NCBI GenBank assembly: GCA_043567175.1
Contig: CP121323.1
Span: forward strand, 1,382,813 to 1,446,812
DNA: 64,000 bases
Origin: Erythrobacter sp.
GTDB lineage: Bacteria; Pseudomonadota; Alphaproteobacteria; Sphingomonadales; Sphingomonadaceae
Direction: 5' to 3'
Shown: one piece after another, positions 8,557 through 18,244 of the stretch
Layout: every line of letters starts with the position of its first letter
Position numbering within the stretch: the first letter of the stretch is position 1
The notes under the pieces: generated by a model
Databases searched by the model: none
What the model was told of the DNA's origin: nothing
The model's input: only the letters and a program-made list of their open reading frames with translations
Made by a program: the position numbers and the translations under genes

Positions 8557-10319
8557 GGCCCGCAGGGCCTGTGAACGAGGAGCCAGACCAGAAGCGGCAG
8601 TCCGACCGGCAGTCCGACCCGATCGAGGACGCCTTTCTTGCCGCAAGACTGTTCCTGCTCGCCCCCTCGCTATTTGGCGGCATGGTGCTGCGCGGCTCGT
8701 CTCCCGCCCGCGATGCGCTGCTGGCCGAGCTCGGCGAAGCGGTGGCAGCTGACGGTAGACCCTTTCGCAAGCTGCCCGGCCATGTCGATGACGAGCGCAT
8801 GCTGGGAGGCGTCGACATCGCTTCAAGTCTCGCCTCGGGCCGAGCGGTGCACCAGCGCGGCCTGCTGGAGGAATGCGCGGGCGGTGCGGTGGTGATCCCG
8901 ATGGCCGAGCGCATGGAGCCGCGGGTTGCCGGTCGCCTCGCGCAAAGCGCGGATGAAGGCGCCGGCCCTGCTCTCATCCTGCTCGACGATGGGCGCGATG
9001 ACGATGACGCCCCGCCTGCAAGCCTGCTCGAACGCACCGCCTTCCATGCCGAGCTCGCCGCATCGCGCGCATCGCAAGTGCCCGCACTTGCGATCCATGG
9101 CGCGCGGTTGGAGAGCGTGGCAGCACTCGACAACGAGGCGCTGCGAGCGCTGGCTGCCACCGCCGAAGCGCTCGGGGTTGCCTCGTTGCGCCCGCTGATC
9201 TTCGCCGGCACCGCTGCGCGGGCCCATGCAGCGCTCGAAGGGCGCGAGGCGGCTCAGCAGGCTGATCTTGCCGCCGCCGTGCGCCTCGTCCTGGCCCCGC
9301 GTGCGACGCGCTTGCCGCCGATGGAGGAAGAGCCGCCTCCCGAGGACCAGCAGCCCGAAGAACAACCGCCCGAGACGCCGCCCGATCCGGGCGAAGACGA
9401 GAACAACAACCAGCAGCCAAACCCCGACGCAGCCCTTGAGGAAACGCTGGTCGAGGCCGCCGCGGCCGCGATCCCGGCAGACCTGCTTGCCGCGCTTGCC
9501 AATGGCAGGGCACCGCGCCGCGTGACCGGCGGCGGCACGGGCAAGCGGCGCAAGTCGGGCCTGCGTGGAAAGCCGCTGGGCGCAAGGCAGGGAATGCCCC
9601 GCGGCGGCGCGCGGCTGGCGCTGATCGACACGCTGCGCGCAGCAGTACCATGGCAAGAAGTCAGGCGACGCGAGAGCGGCGCGACCCGCGATGATCCCAT
9701 CCAGATGAGAAAAGAGGACCTGCGCGTGCGCCGGTTCGAGGACAAGGCGGCGCGCGTCACCATATTTGCGGTCGATGCTTCGGGCTCGGCTGCAGCCGCG
9801 CGCCTCGCCGAGGCCAAGGGTGCGGTCGAGCTGATGCTGGCGCAGGCCTATGTCACCCGCAGCGAGGTTGCGCTGGTAGCCTTTCGCGGCGAGCAGGCCG
9901 AATTGCTCCTGCCGCCGACCCGCTCGCTCACCCGCGCCCGCCGCGCGCTGAGCGAGCTTCCCGGCGGAGGCGGCACACCGCTCGCCATGGGGCTCGATGC
10001 GGCGCGCGAATGCGCCGAAGCGGTGGCCTCGAAAGGCCGCACGCCCAGCCTCGTCGTACTGACAGACGGGCGCGCCAATATCGGCCGTGATGGCAAGCCC
10101 GGGCGCAAGCAGGCGGGCGAGGATGCGATCGCCTCGGCCAAGGCGCTGGCACGGATGGGGGTGGACGCGATCGTGATCGACATCTCGGCCAGAGCCGCTC
10201 GCGAGGGCGCTGCCCTTGCCGAGGCAATGAATGCGCGCTTCCTTGCGCTGCCCCGTGCAGATTCGCGCCAGATCGCCGATGCTGTCGAGGCAGCCCAACC
10301 TTCAAGGCAAGCCGCGTGA
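8553..10319 (+). CDS. bchD: Magnesium chelatase subunit D
   Basis: Degenerate AAA N-terminus, Pro/acidic linker, and vWA MIDAS motif DASGS plus GGGTPLA. Confidence 0.95.
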   Translation: MRPAGPVNEEPDQKRQSDRQSDPIEDAFLAARLFLLAPSLFGGMVLRGSSPARDALLAELGEAVAADGRPFRKLPGHVDDERMLGGVDIASSLASGRAVHQRGLLEECAGGAVVIPMAERMEPRVAGRLAQSADEGAGPALILLDDGRDDDDAPPASLLERTAFHAELAASRASQVPALAIHGARLESVAALDNEALRALAATAEALGVASLRPLIFAGTAARAHAALEGREAAQQADLAAAVRLVLAPRATRLPPMEEEPPPEDQQPEEQPPETPPDPGEDENNNQQPNPDAALEETLVEAAAAAIPADLLAALANGRAPRRVTGGGTGKRRKSGLRGKPLGARQGMPRGGARLALIDTLRAAVPWQEVRRRESGATRDDPIQMRKEDLRVRRFEDKAARVTIFAVDASGSAAAARLAEAKGAVELMLAQAYVTRSEVALVAFRGEQAELLLPPTRSLTRARRALSELPGGGGTPLAMGLDAARECAEAVASKGRTPSLVVLTDGRANIGRDGKPGRKQAGEDAIASAKALARMGVDAIVIDISARAAREGAALAEAMNARFLALPRADSRQIADAVEAAQPSRQAA

Positions 10320-11230
10320 GCCGGCCATTGCAATGGGACCGCGAGGGCCTGATCTGGCCTCACCGTGATGCGAGCTCCTTCTGGGAAGCTGGCAGCGCGA
10401 CCTGGCACATCCAGCGAATGGGTATTGCCGACGAAGAGGCGCGCAAACCCAGCGTCTTGCTGCTGCACGGCACGGGGGCCTCGGTCCATTCCTGGCGCTC
10501 GCTCATGCCAATGCTGGCGCGCGATTTTGCCGTCACCGCGATGGACTTGCCCCGCCACGCCTTCACCAGCGGCCACCGTGCCGAAGTCATGTCGCTGCCG
10601 CGCATGGCCGCCGAGATCGCGAGGCTCAACGCCTCGCTCGGCCTCAATCCCGATCTTGTCATCGGCCATTCCGCGGGCGCCGCGCTGGCGGTGCAGCTGG
10701 CGCTGGACCATGGCTATGCAGGTCCGATCATCGGTCTCAATTCCGCGATGCGCCCCTTCCCGGGCCCAGCAGCGCAGATCTTTCCCGCAGTCGCCAAGCT
10801 GCTGTTCATCAACCCGCTTGTGCCGCGTATCTTTTCGAAAATGACAACGTTTGGGAAGGAAGCCGAGCGCTTCCTCTATCGCTCGACCGGCTCGAAGATC
10901 GATGCCGCCGGCATGGCCTGCTACGAGACTTTGTTCGCCAATTCGCGCCACACCAAGGGCGGACTGTCGATGATGGCGAACTGGGACCTGCCAACGCTCA
11001 AGACGCGGCTCCACGAATTGCGCAATCCTCTCCTGATGGTGCATTCAACCCGGGATGCCGCCATCCCGCTTGATTGGGCGAGGGAAGTGCACGGCTGGCT
11101 GCCGGGCTCGGAACTCGAGGTTCTGGACGGGCTTGGCCACCTCGCCCACGAGGAAGATCCAGAACGCGTGCGCACCGCGATCATCCGCTATGCACAGCGC
11201 CATCATCTGGTCGCGCCGGCCGAGGCATAA
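10316..11230 (+). CDS. bchO: Alpha/beta hydrolase BchO
   Basis: LLLHGTGASVHSW, GHSAG nucleophile elbow and GHLAHEE. Directly follows bchD. Confidence 0.92.
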   Translation: MSRPLQWDREGLIWPHRDASSFWEAGSATWHIQRMGIADEEARKPSVLLLHGTGASVHSWRSLMPMLARDFAVTAMDLPRHAFTSGHRAEVMSLPRMAAEIARLNASLGLNPDLVIGHSAGAALAVQLALDHGYAGPIIGLNSAMRPFPGPAAQIFPAVAKLLFINPLVPRIFSKMTTFGKEAERFLYRSTGSKIDAAGMACYETLFANSRHTKGGLSMMANWDLPTLKTRLHELRNPLLMVHSTRDAAIPLDWAREVHGWLPGSELEVLDGLGHLAHEEDPERVRTAIIRYAQRHHLVAPAEA

Positions 11231-11256
11231 AGCGGCAAAGCAAGGGAGAGACGATC

Positions 11257-11451
11257 ATGAGCAGCGGATTGTTCGGGTGGATAGAGATCATCTTCTTCTA
11301 CGGCATCGCGATCACCTTTGGCATATGGCAGGTGTGGAAGACCGACAAGGAACTCAAGAAGACCCGCGCCGAACGCCTCGAAAGAGAAGCGCGCGAGGCG
11401 GCTGAGGCAGCCAAGGGCGAGGACACCGAGGATGGACCGACCGGCCCGTGA
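11257..11451 (+). CDS. Small single-TM hypothetical protein (64 aa)
   Basis: GGGAGAG Shine-Dalgarno then ATG. MSSGLFGWIEIIFFYGIAITFGIWQVW is followed by a charged tail. Confidence 0.7.
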   Translation: MSSGLFGWIEIIFFYGIAITFGIWQVWKTDKELKKTRAERLEREAREAAEAAKGEDTEDGPTGP

Positions 11452-11501
11452 GAGCCCTCGCACAATGCCGCCTCCGCAAAACCTACGCGCCGCCCGACCG
11501 C

Positions 11502-12437
11502 TCAGGGCGAATTGTCAAACGTCACCGGCAGGCTGGCGGGGTTTGATCCGGTAGCCGAGACCCATTCGAGGTCCTTGGCTTTTTTCGTCAACCTTGGCTG
11601 TGCCGCGATGACAGCCCTGATGACCTCCTCGAGGGTCAAGCGCGCAAGCCAGGCTCCAAGACAGAAATGCGCGCCCCCGCCAAAGGTCATCATCTTTGGC
11701 GCATCGGTGTCAAGGAAGCGGTCCGGCTTGAAGGCATCGGGTGTAGCCCAGAGGTGCGGGTCGCGATTGGCCGCAAAGGTCGTCAGCATCACGATCTGGC
11801 CGGCACCGATCCGCGCCCCGTGAAGGTTGAAGGCTTCAACAGCTGTTCGCGGGGCAGCCGCGATCGAGCCCTCAAGGCGGATCGTCTCGTCCACGAGAGC
11901 GGACAACCCGGCCTCTTCAATGTCCTGCAACTCGCCCCAGTCGCCGTGACGGAACAGCACGTAGAGCGAGCATCCGATCTGGCCCAGCGTGGTATCCTGC
12001 CCGGCAATCAGCAGGTTGGAGACCATGTCCACCGTCTCTTGCCGCGAAAGCCGGTCGCCCTCATGTTCGGCCTCGATCATTCTCGTGATAAGGTCGTCTG
12101 CGGGCAAGGCGGGCCTGCGCTCGACCATGTCTTCCACATATTCGCGCAGATCGTGCAGCGCGGCCGCCGCCGCGTCGATCTGCTCGGCGGTCATGAAGGC
12201 AAACACGGCCGACAGATCGGCGATCCAGTCGAAGAACTGTCCGACATCCTCCTTCGGTACACCAAGAAGCGAGCACATCACCTGCATCGGCACATCGCGC
12301 AGCGCACCGAGCAAGTCGCCGCCGCCCTGAACTTCTAGCCGAGCCAGACGGTCCGAAGCGATCAGTGCGGTTTCGGCTCTGAGCGAAGCCAATGCCTTGG
12401 GCGTGCCGGAAAATGAGCCCGCTCGCGCGTTATGCGT
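11502..12437 (-). pseudogene. Cytochrome P450, N-terminally truncated
   Basis: I-helix AGQDTT, ExxR (ETIR), PDRF and heme motif FGGGAHFCLG are present. The frame hits an upstream in-frame stop at 12438-12440, giving about 310 codons against about 400 for a typical P450. Confidence 0.75.
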
Positions 12438-12445
12438 TCAGGGTG

Positions 12446-12472
12446 CTAATGACACCCCCCTAATGACACCCC
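12446..12472 (+). repeat. Tandem direct repeat CTAATGACACCCC x2
   Basis: Exact 13-mer at 12446-12458 and 12460-12472. Confidence 0.85.
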
Positions 12473-12501
12473 TACGCAAGGCAGCCTGGAAATGCCGCCG
12501 G

Positions 12502-13368
12502 TCAGGCTCGGGCCGAAACCAGCCAGGCCTTGCAGCCCATCATGACACCCTCTTGCGGCACATGATAATGCTCGAACAGTGCCGCCAGATCGCGGCTCGC
12601 ATTCTGGCGTATCTCCTCGCTGTGTTCATCGAGGATCCGTCCGACCCCCAGCGAGGAGAGCACAAAACCGACGGCCTCGTCGGGGGTGGTCCCCGGACCG
12701 CCGATCGGCTGCTTGCCGTCATGGGCGACGACGTCGATCTGGTCGAAACCGCCGCCTGTCAGCACCTCGCCAAGATAGTCGAGGTCTTCAAAGGCGAAGG
12801 GGCCTGGCGTGCGCGGGACAGCGGGGGGCACGTCAACGTGGCGGCGCACCACACCCATCATTTCCATCATCCACAGATTGTCTCGCGGTGGCCCCCAGAC
12901 AGCAAGGTCGATCCGTGCGCCCGGCTTCAGCATGGCGTGTAGATTGGCAAAAGCGGGGATCGGATCTTCGAAGAACATCGATCCGAAGCGGGAGAAAAGC
13001 CGGTCGAACGGACCCTGCGCAAGACTTGCGGTGGCTGCATCGGCGCAGACAAAGCGCGCCTTGGCTGTCGCTTCGGCGCCTGCGCGGCACTCGGCCTCGG
13101 CGACAAGCCCGGGCGCAATGTCCAGCCCGATCGCCTCGCCACCGGGAGCGACGGCTGCCGCGATCGCGCGCGTGGTGGCGCCGCCGCCAGAGCCGACATC
13201 CAGCACCCTTTCGCCCGGCTGATATGCAGCGCGATCGAGCAAGGCGGCTCCGATCGGCGCGATCATGCTTTCGAACCTGTCGAGGTTGGCAAGCCACCTG
13301 TCGCCCATTTCGCCGCCCCAGTCCTCGCCCTTGAGGTCTTGTGAAGGTTCGGATTGCGTTGCGCTCAA
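12502..13368 (-). CDS. Class I SAM-dependent methyltransferase
   Basis: VLDVGSGGG motif I, then GLDIA, CADAA and FSRFGSMFF. Confidence 0.88.
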   Translation of the reverse strand: MSATQSEPSQDLKGEDWGGEMGDRWLANLDRFESMIAPIGAALLDRAAYQPGERVLDVGSGGGATTRAIAAAVAPGGEAIGLDIAPGLVAEAECRAGAEATAKARFVCADAATASLAQGPFDRLFSRFGSMFFEDPIPAFANLHAMLKPGARIDLAVWGPPRDNLWMMEMMGVVRRHVDVPPAVPRTPGPFAFEDLDYLGEVLTGGGFDQIDVVAHDGKQPIGGPGTTPDEAVGFVLSSLGVGRILDEHSEEIRQNASRDLAALFEHYHVPQEGVMMGCKAWLVSARA

Positions 13369-13468
13369 ATGCTTGCTCCCATTGCTATCGGCTCTGCTTT
13401 GCGCCCTTCTGACGCTCTATGTAAGGGCCAACGGAAACTGTCCTTCGCCCCGCAGGTGCCATGGCCAT

Positions 13469-14590
13469 TTAGGACCGTGCGCGCGGCATCCGGTAAGGCA
13501 GCATGAACTGCACCACGGGGTTGGCAAAGCGCCGCATATCGAGGCTTTCCTGCACCGCGACCACCTGCTCGCCGTAGAGCTGCGAAGTAAGCTCCGCGCG
13601 CGAATAAAACGGCGTGTCCTCCCAGGTGCGCTGCACCTTGGCGAGGCCGATCTCGGAGCGTGTGCGGCGGTCGATCCGCCAGCTGCTGGGCGGCAGGTCG
13701 GCCATCGGTGGCAGCTCGGCCTCTTCGGGAATACCGGCCGCGTTAAAGCGGATGGCACTGGCGAACAGCGATCCGTCCTGGCGCTCGCCTTCATAGCAGA
13801 CCACCGCCCCTTTGCGCATATGGGCGCGGCTCCAGTGCCACACGCGAAAGCCGTCCTCGAGCGGTTCGCGCCCGCGATTATGATCGAAATAGCCCTTGCC
13901 GCTCCATGAGAGGCCCGGCTCGTCCATCTCCACCTCGATCCGCGCGCGCGGCGCCATGCAGTGCCAGATATGGTTTTCATCGCCATCAAGAGCGAAGGCG
14001 GCAGGGTTGAGCGCCTCGGGCACCACTCGCACACGGCCGCGCACCGGGCGATGATATGGGTTGAAAAGGCGCGTGTCGCGCTCCTCGATATCGATGACCA
14101 GCGCATCCCCGTCCCATTCCACATGGCTTGGTCCGATCGACAGTTCACGCTCGCCCTGCGTAACGCTGCCATGCGGGCGCTCGGTCATCACCCAGCGGGC
14201 CTTGGGGCCGTAGAGGGCAACGTTGAGGCACGAATGGTCGAGCGGGTCGCCGCGGCCCGAACGTTTATAATAGGGCGAGAAAACGCTGCCCAGAAAGGCG
14301 ATGATCGTCAGGCCGTGCTGCCCGTCTTCGCTGATCGCGTCGATATACCACCACGAGTAGCCGCCGGGAGGAATTTGCGCGTCGAAGCGCGGTCCGCGCA
14401 GATCACCTTCGCTGCAAGCTGTCCGGACAAGGCGGCCATAGGGACGCCCGCCGAGGGATGGGTCCCGCCCCCCGCGCAATAGAGGCCCGGAATCTTCGTT
14501 CGCGGACCTTGCCGCTGGAAGGAGGCCGCCCAGCCGTGCGAGGCTCTGCCATAAAGGGAGCCGCCCGTGGCCGGGAACAGCGATTCCCAT
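13469..14590 (-). CDS. crtC: Hydroxyneurosporene synthase (carotenoid 1,2-hydratase); start uncertain
   Basis: GPRFD..PPGGYSWWYIDAISEDG, GSVFSPYY, HIWHCMAP, GYFDHNRG, WHWSR, EDTPFYSR. The 5' end overlaps crtD. Confidence 0.9.
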   Translation of the reverse strand: MGIAVPGHGRLPLWQSLARLGGLLPAARSANEDSGPLLRGGRDPSLGGRPYGRLVRTACSEGDLRGPRFDAQIPPGGYSWWYIDAISEDGQHGLTIIAFLGSVFSPYYKRSGRGDPLDHSCLNVALYGPKARWVMTERPHGSVTQGERELSIGPSHVEWDGDALVIDIEERDTRLFNPYHRPVRGRVRVVPEALNPAAFALDGDENHIWHCMAPRARIEVEMDEPGLSWSGKGYFDHNRGREPLEDGFRVWHWSRAHMRKGAVVCYEGERQDGSLFASAIRFNAAGIPEEAELPPMADLPPSSWRIDRRTRSEIGLAKVQRTWEDTPFYSRAELTSQLYGEQVVAVQESLDMRRFANPVVQFMLPYRMPRARS

Positions 14591-15876
14591 TCCTGCGGCG
14601 TCATCAGGTGATGCGGCATGGGATCCTCCAGCTCGAGTCCGCAGCGGCGCAGTGTCCGCCTCATGGCCAGGTTGCATGTCTCGATCTCCTCAGGCGTGTA
14701 GGTATGGGTGTCCCCGTTGGCCGGGGCGTTGACGATCATCTGGATGCGTTCGCGCCGCCCGTTGACGAGGGCGGCGGCGGTTTCGCTGGCGCTGCGATCC
14801 TGCGCGCACAGATAGACAGTGGGATCACTCGGCGGGCTGCCGCCGGCGATATCGCGAAATTCGCTCGCATAATCGGGCGAGAAGAAGACGTTGTGGTGCG
14901 ACAGGTCGAAGCCTTTCGTCCTGGCATGGGCGTACCAGACCATCGCTGAGAGCGAGCGCTTTTCATCGGGCATGCGCGCGATCGAACGCGCGGGCCCTTC
15001 GCCGAACTTGCCCCGCGCCAGCGCCGCCGGATCAGCGTTGCTTATGACGGTGCCGGCGCTGATCGTCTCGCCGGTGGTCAGTCGTACACCGCTCACGCGG
15101 GAATTATCGGTCAGGACCTGAGCGACACGCACGCCTGTGCGGATATTGGCGCCGCAGCGCGACGCGATATCCGCCAGCGCCCTGGCAAGCGCGTGGATGC
15201 CGCCGTCGATCAGCCAGACCCCGGCCGCTTCGAGATGCGCGATCAGCATCAGCGTCGCCTGCGACCGGAAGGGGTCGGATCCGCAATAGGTCGAATAGCG
15301 GCCAAATAGCTGATGCAGGCGCGGATCCTTGAAGTGGCCGCCCAACGCTTTCCAGAAATTGTCAAACGGGCGCATCGCCATCGCATCGCCGATTCGCCAG
15401 ATCCCCATGCGCCACATCATCGGGAACGGCGTGGAGGCCGCATCACCGCGCATGAAGGGTTCATCGAGCACTTCGAAGATGCGCTTGGCCTCTGCGCGAA
15501 ATGCCCGATAGGCCGCCGCCTCGCCGGCACCGGCAAAATCGCCGATTGCCTCTTCGCTTTTTGCAGGGTCGGCAAACAGGTCGAGCGTGCCACTCTCGTC
15601 CCAGGCGTGGCGTGCGATGACGTCGGCCTGTTCGATGTGAAGATGCTCTTCAAGCGCGGTGCCGCATTCGGCGAAGACCTCGTCGAAGACGCGGCGCATG
15701 GTAAAGACGGTGGGGCCCCCGGCAACCGGCGCGCCGTCGATCTCGACCTGGCGCGCCTTGCCGCCAACGCACGCCTCCTTTTCAAGGACAGTCACGCGAA
15801 ACCCGCGCACCGATAGCAGGGCCGCAGCGGTCAGCCCTCCGATCCCGGCTCCGATAATGGCGACATTTTCGCCCAC
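14308..15876 (-). CDS. crtD: 1-hydroxycarotenoid 3,4-desaturase
   Basis: GTG start at 15876 after GGAGAG. FAD motif GAGIGG, GPTVFTMR and HPSAGVPMAALSG. Confidence 0.92.
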   Translation of the reverse strand: MGENVAIIGAGIGGLTAAALLSVRGFRVTVLEKEACVGGKARQVEIDGAPVAGGPTVFTMRRVFDEVFAECGTALEEHLHIEQADVIARHAWDESGTLDLFADPAKSEEAIGDFAGAGEAAAYRAFRAEAKRIFEVLDEPFMRGDAASTPFPMMWRMGIWRIGDAMAMRPFDNFWKALGGHFKDPRLHQLFGRYSTYCGSDPFRSQATLMLIAHLEAAGVWLIDGGIHALARALADIASRCGANIRTGVRVAQVLTDNSRVSGVRLTTGETISAGTVISNADPAALARGKFGEGPARSIARMPDEKRSLSAMVWYAHARTKGFDLSHHNVFFSPDYASEFRDIAGGSPPSDPTVYLCAQDRSASETAAALVNGRRERIQMIVNAPANGDTHTYTPEEIETCNLAMRRTLRRCGLELEDPMPHHLMTPQEWESLFPATGGSLYGRASHGWAASFQRQGPRTKIPGLYCAGGGTHPSAGVPMAALSGQLAAKVICADRASTRKFLPAATRGGISTRSAKTGSTA

Positions 15877-15932
15877 CGACTCTCTCCGTCCCTCACTTTG
15901 ATCGCCATTACTATTGACCTTACAGCCGCATC

Positions 15933-15950
15933 TGTCCAATTATTTAGACA
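15933..15950. promoter_or_regulatory. PpsR/CrtJ operator between divergent crtD and crtF
   Basis: TGTCCAATTATTTAGACA is an exact TGT-N12-ACA. Confidence 0.85.
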
Positions 15951-15971
15951 TATGATGCGTCAACCAAGCTT

Positions 15972-17174
15972 ATGCTGATGCCTGACAAGGATCCGATGGA
16001 CGCCTCGCGCCCCCTTCCCGAGCAGCCTCCCGTTCGCCCGGCCCAGCCGCGCAGTCGGCTTGAACGCTGGCGCATCGGTTACATCGCGCGTCGCAACGCG
16101 ATCTTCGGCAGCAACGGCTTTCAATATTGGTGCGCGCGTCTGCCGCTGATCAAGCGGATCGCCAAATCGCGCGCGACGCAGATGATGGATCATATCGTCG
16201 GCTTTACCTACAGCCAGGTGCTCAAGGCGGTGGTCGATACCGAGTTGATGGACCTGCTCGCCAACGGGCCGATCTCGGCTGCGCAAGTCGCCCATTACAC
16301 CGGGCTCAGCCATCATGGCTCGTTGGCGCTGCTGCGCGCGGCGCGTGCACTCGACCTTGCCGAGGAAGTGGTCGACGACGGCTGGATGCTTGGCCAGCAA
16401 GGCGCGGTGCTGGTCGCCGATGAAGGCACGCAAGCGATGATCCTGCATCACCGCCTGCTGTATCGCGACCTGCTCGACCCGCGGGAGCTCTTGCGCAAGG
16501 ACCGCAAGGAGCCGACCGAACTGTCGCGCTACTGGTCCTATGCCGGCGCGCTGCATGGCGCGGCAGAGCGGGGGCGGGAGACCGAGGAATATTCGCGCCT
16601 CATGGCTGCCTCGCAGCGATATGTGGCAGACCAGGTGCTCGCTGCGTTCTCGTTCTCGGGTGTGAAGAGCCTCGTCGATGTCGGTGGAGGCCACGGCGCT
16701 TTCGTGCGGCGCGTGGGCGAAGCCTATCCGGCAATGCAGGTGGGCCTGTTCGACTTGCCCGAAGTGGTCGAGGCGGCTCGCGGTCCCTTGAGCGAATCGC
16801 TGGGCGGCGATCGGGTCACGACCCATCCGGGCAATTTTTTCGAGGACACGATTCCGCCGGGCTACGACATGGTCAGCCTCGTGCGCATCCTGCACGATCA
16901 CGACGACGAGCCGGCGGCCGCGCTTCTCGCCAATATCCGCAAGAGCCTCGAGCCCGGGCAACGCCTGCTGATCGCCGAGCCGATGGCCCGGATCAAGGGC
17001 GCAGAGCCGATGGGCGAGGCATTCTTCGGCTTCTACCTCTGGGCGATGGGATCAGGCCGCGCGCGCAGTCCACAGGAAATCAAAGCGATGCTCAAACAGG
17101 CGGGATTTAGCAATTCCCGACTGATCGCAGGACCGCAACCGGTCATCGCCAGCATGATAGTCGCTACAGCCTGA
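15972..17174 (+). CDS. crtF: Demethylspheroidene/hydroxyneurosporene O-methyltransferase
   Basis: LVDVGGGHG, FDLP, LVRILHDHDD and YLWAMGSGRAR. Confidence 0.93.
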   Translation: MLMPDKDPMDASRPLPEQPPVRPAQPRSRLERWRIGYIARRNAIFGSNGFQYWCARLPLIKRIAKSRATQMMDHIVGFTYSQVLKAVVDTELMDLLANGPISAAQVAHYTGLSHHGSLALLRAARALDLAEEVVDDGWMLGQQGAVLVADEGTQAMILHHRLLYRDLLDPRELLRKDRKEPTELSRYWSYAGALHGAAERGRETEEYSRLMAASQRYVADQVLAAFSFSGVKSLVDVGGGHGAFVRRVGEAYPAMQVGLFDLPEVVEAARGPLSESLGGDRVTTHPGNFFEDTIPPGYDMVSLVRILHDHDDEPAAALLANIRKSLEPGQRLLIAEPMARIKGAEPMGEAFFGFYLWAMGSGRARSPQEIKAMLKQAGFSNSRLIAGPQPVIASMIVATA

Positions 17175-17183
17175 CAAAAAGAG

Positions 17184-17227
17184 TGTCCGCTTTGATTGAC
17201 ACCTTGGTCCGTAAGGCGTAATCGACA
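17184..17227. promoter_or_regulatory. Paired PpsR operators over the bchC promoter
   Basis: TGTCCGCTTTGATTGACA (17184-17201, contains TTGACA) and CGTAAGGCGTAATCGACA (17210-17227) are separated by 8 bp, the classic bchC architecture. Confidence 0.85.
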
Positions 17228-17311
17228 GATGAGAGAAACAGCTTTGGGTGTTGTGCGAGTCGCAACAATGGGTCCCCAGGCAAATGAGGAAGCCCCAACG
17301 GGTTGAGAGCA

Positions 17312-18244
17312 ATGGAAACACTGGCGGTAATTCTTGAGGGACCAGAGCGCTTGGCGCTTCGGACGCTTGAGCTTAATCCGCTCGGACCGGGCGATGTCCT
17401 GGTGGAAATTGCCTTCAGCGGCGTCAGCACCGGCACAGAGAAACTGCTGTGGACCGGGCGCATGCCGCAATTCCCCGGCATGGGTTATCCGCTTGTTCCC
17501 GGTTACGAATCAGTCGGTCGTGTGACCGATGCAGGTTCGGAAGCGCGAGGCCGTATTGGTGACTGGGTCTTCGTGCCCGGTGCCAATTGCTACACAAGCG
17601 CAAGAGGCCTGTTTGGCGGCACGGCTGCCCAGGTGATCGTCCCGTCACCGCGCGCGCTTCCGGTTCCTGAAGCGCTTGACGATTCGGGCGTGCTTTTTGC
17701 GCTCGCTGCCACAGCTCTTCACGCCATCAATAACGGCTCCGTGCCGGATCTGATCGTCGGCCATGGTGTTCTTGGTCGCCTGCTCGCCCGCCTTACGATC
17801 GCACTAGGCGCCAAGGCGCCAACGGTCTGGGAAACCAATCCAGCCCGTTGCGAGGGAGCGGTAGGCTACAAAGCGGTTCATCCCGATGCGGATAAGCGCA
17901 AGGATTACACGGCGATCTATGACGCCAGCGGGGATTCGAACCTACTCGACACACTGGTTACACGGATGGCGAAAGGCGGCGAGATCGTCCTCGCTGGCTT
18001 CTATTCCGAGCGCGTCAGTTTTGCCTTTCCTCCCGCCTTCATGAAGGAAGCGCGCTTTCGCATCGCCGCCGAATGGAGCCCGAAGGACATGACGCAAACA
18101 CGCGAATTGTCCGAAAGCGGCAAACTTGATTTCAGCGGGCTCATCACGACCCGCAGGCCCGTCAGCGAGGCCGAGAGCGCTTATCCCGAAGCGTTCAACG
18201 ACCCTGATTGTCTGAAGATGATACTTGATTGGAGCGCTGCATGA
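17312..18244 (+). CDS. bchC: Chlorophyllide/bacteriochlorophyllide 3-hydroxyethyl dehydrogenase
   Basis: [30 protein letters not shown] and FMKEAR. Confidence 0.96.
   Translation: METLAVILEGPERLALRTLELNPLGPGDVLVEIAFSGVSTGTEKLLWTGRMPQFPGMGYPLVPGYESVGRVTDAGSEARGRIGDWVFVPGANCYTSARGLFGGTAAQVIVPSPRALPVPEALDDSGVLFALAATALHAINNGSVPDLIVGHGVLGRLLARLTIALGAKAPTVWETNPARCEGAVGYKAVHPDADKRKDYTAIYDASGDSNLLDTLVTRMAKGGEIVLAGFYSERVSFAFPPAFMKEARFRIAAEWSPKDMTQTRELSESGKLDFSGLITTRRPVSEAESAYPEAFNDPDCLKMILDWSAA

Noticed and set aside
8590-8625. 12-bp tandem repeat CGGCAGTCCGAC near the 5' end of bchD
   Set aside because: In-frame duplication (QSDRQSD) in a variable N-terminus with no evident significance.
9320-9430. 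Pro/Glu/Asn-rich low-complexity stretch in bchD
   Set aside because: This is the known BchD polyproline-acidic linker.
13469-17174. crtC, crtD and crtF present without crtE, crtB or crtI
   Set aside because: Dispersal of the early crt genes outside the PGC is usual in this group, and the rest of the genome is not visible.
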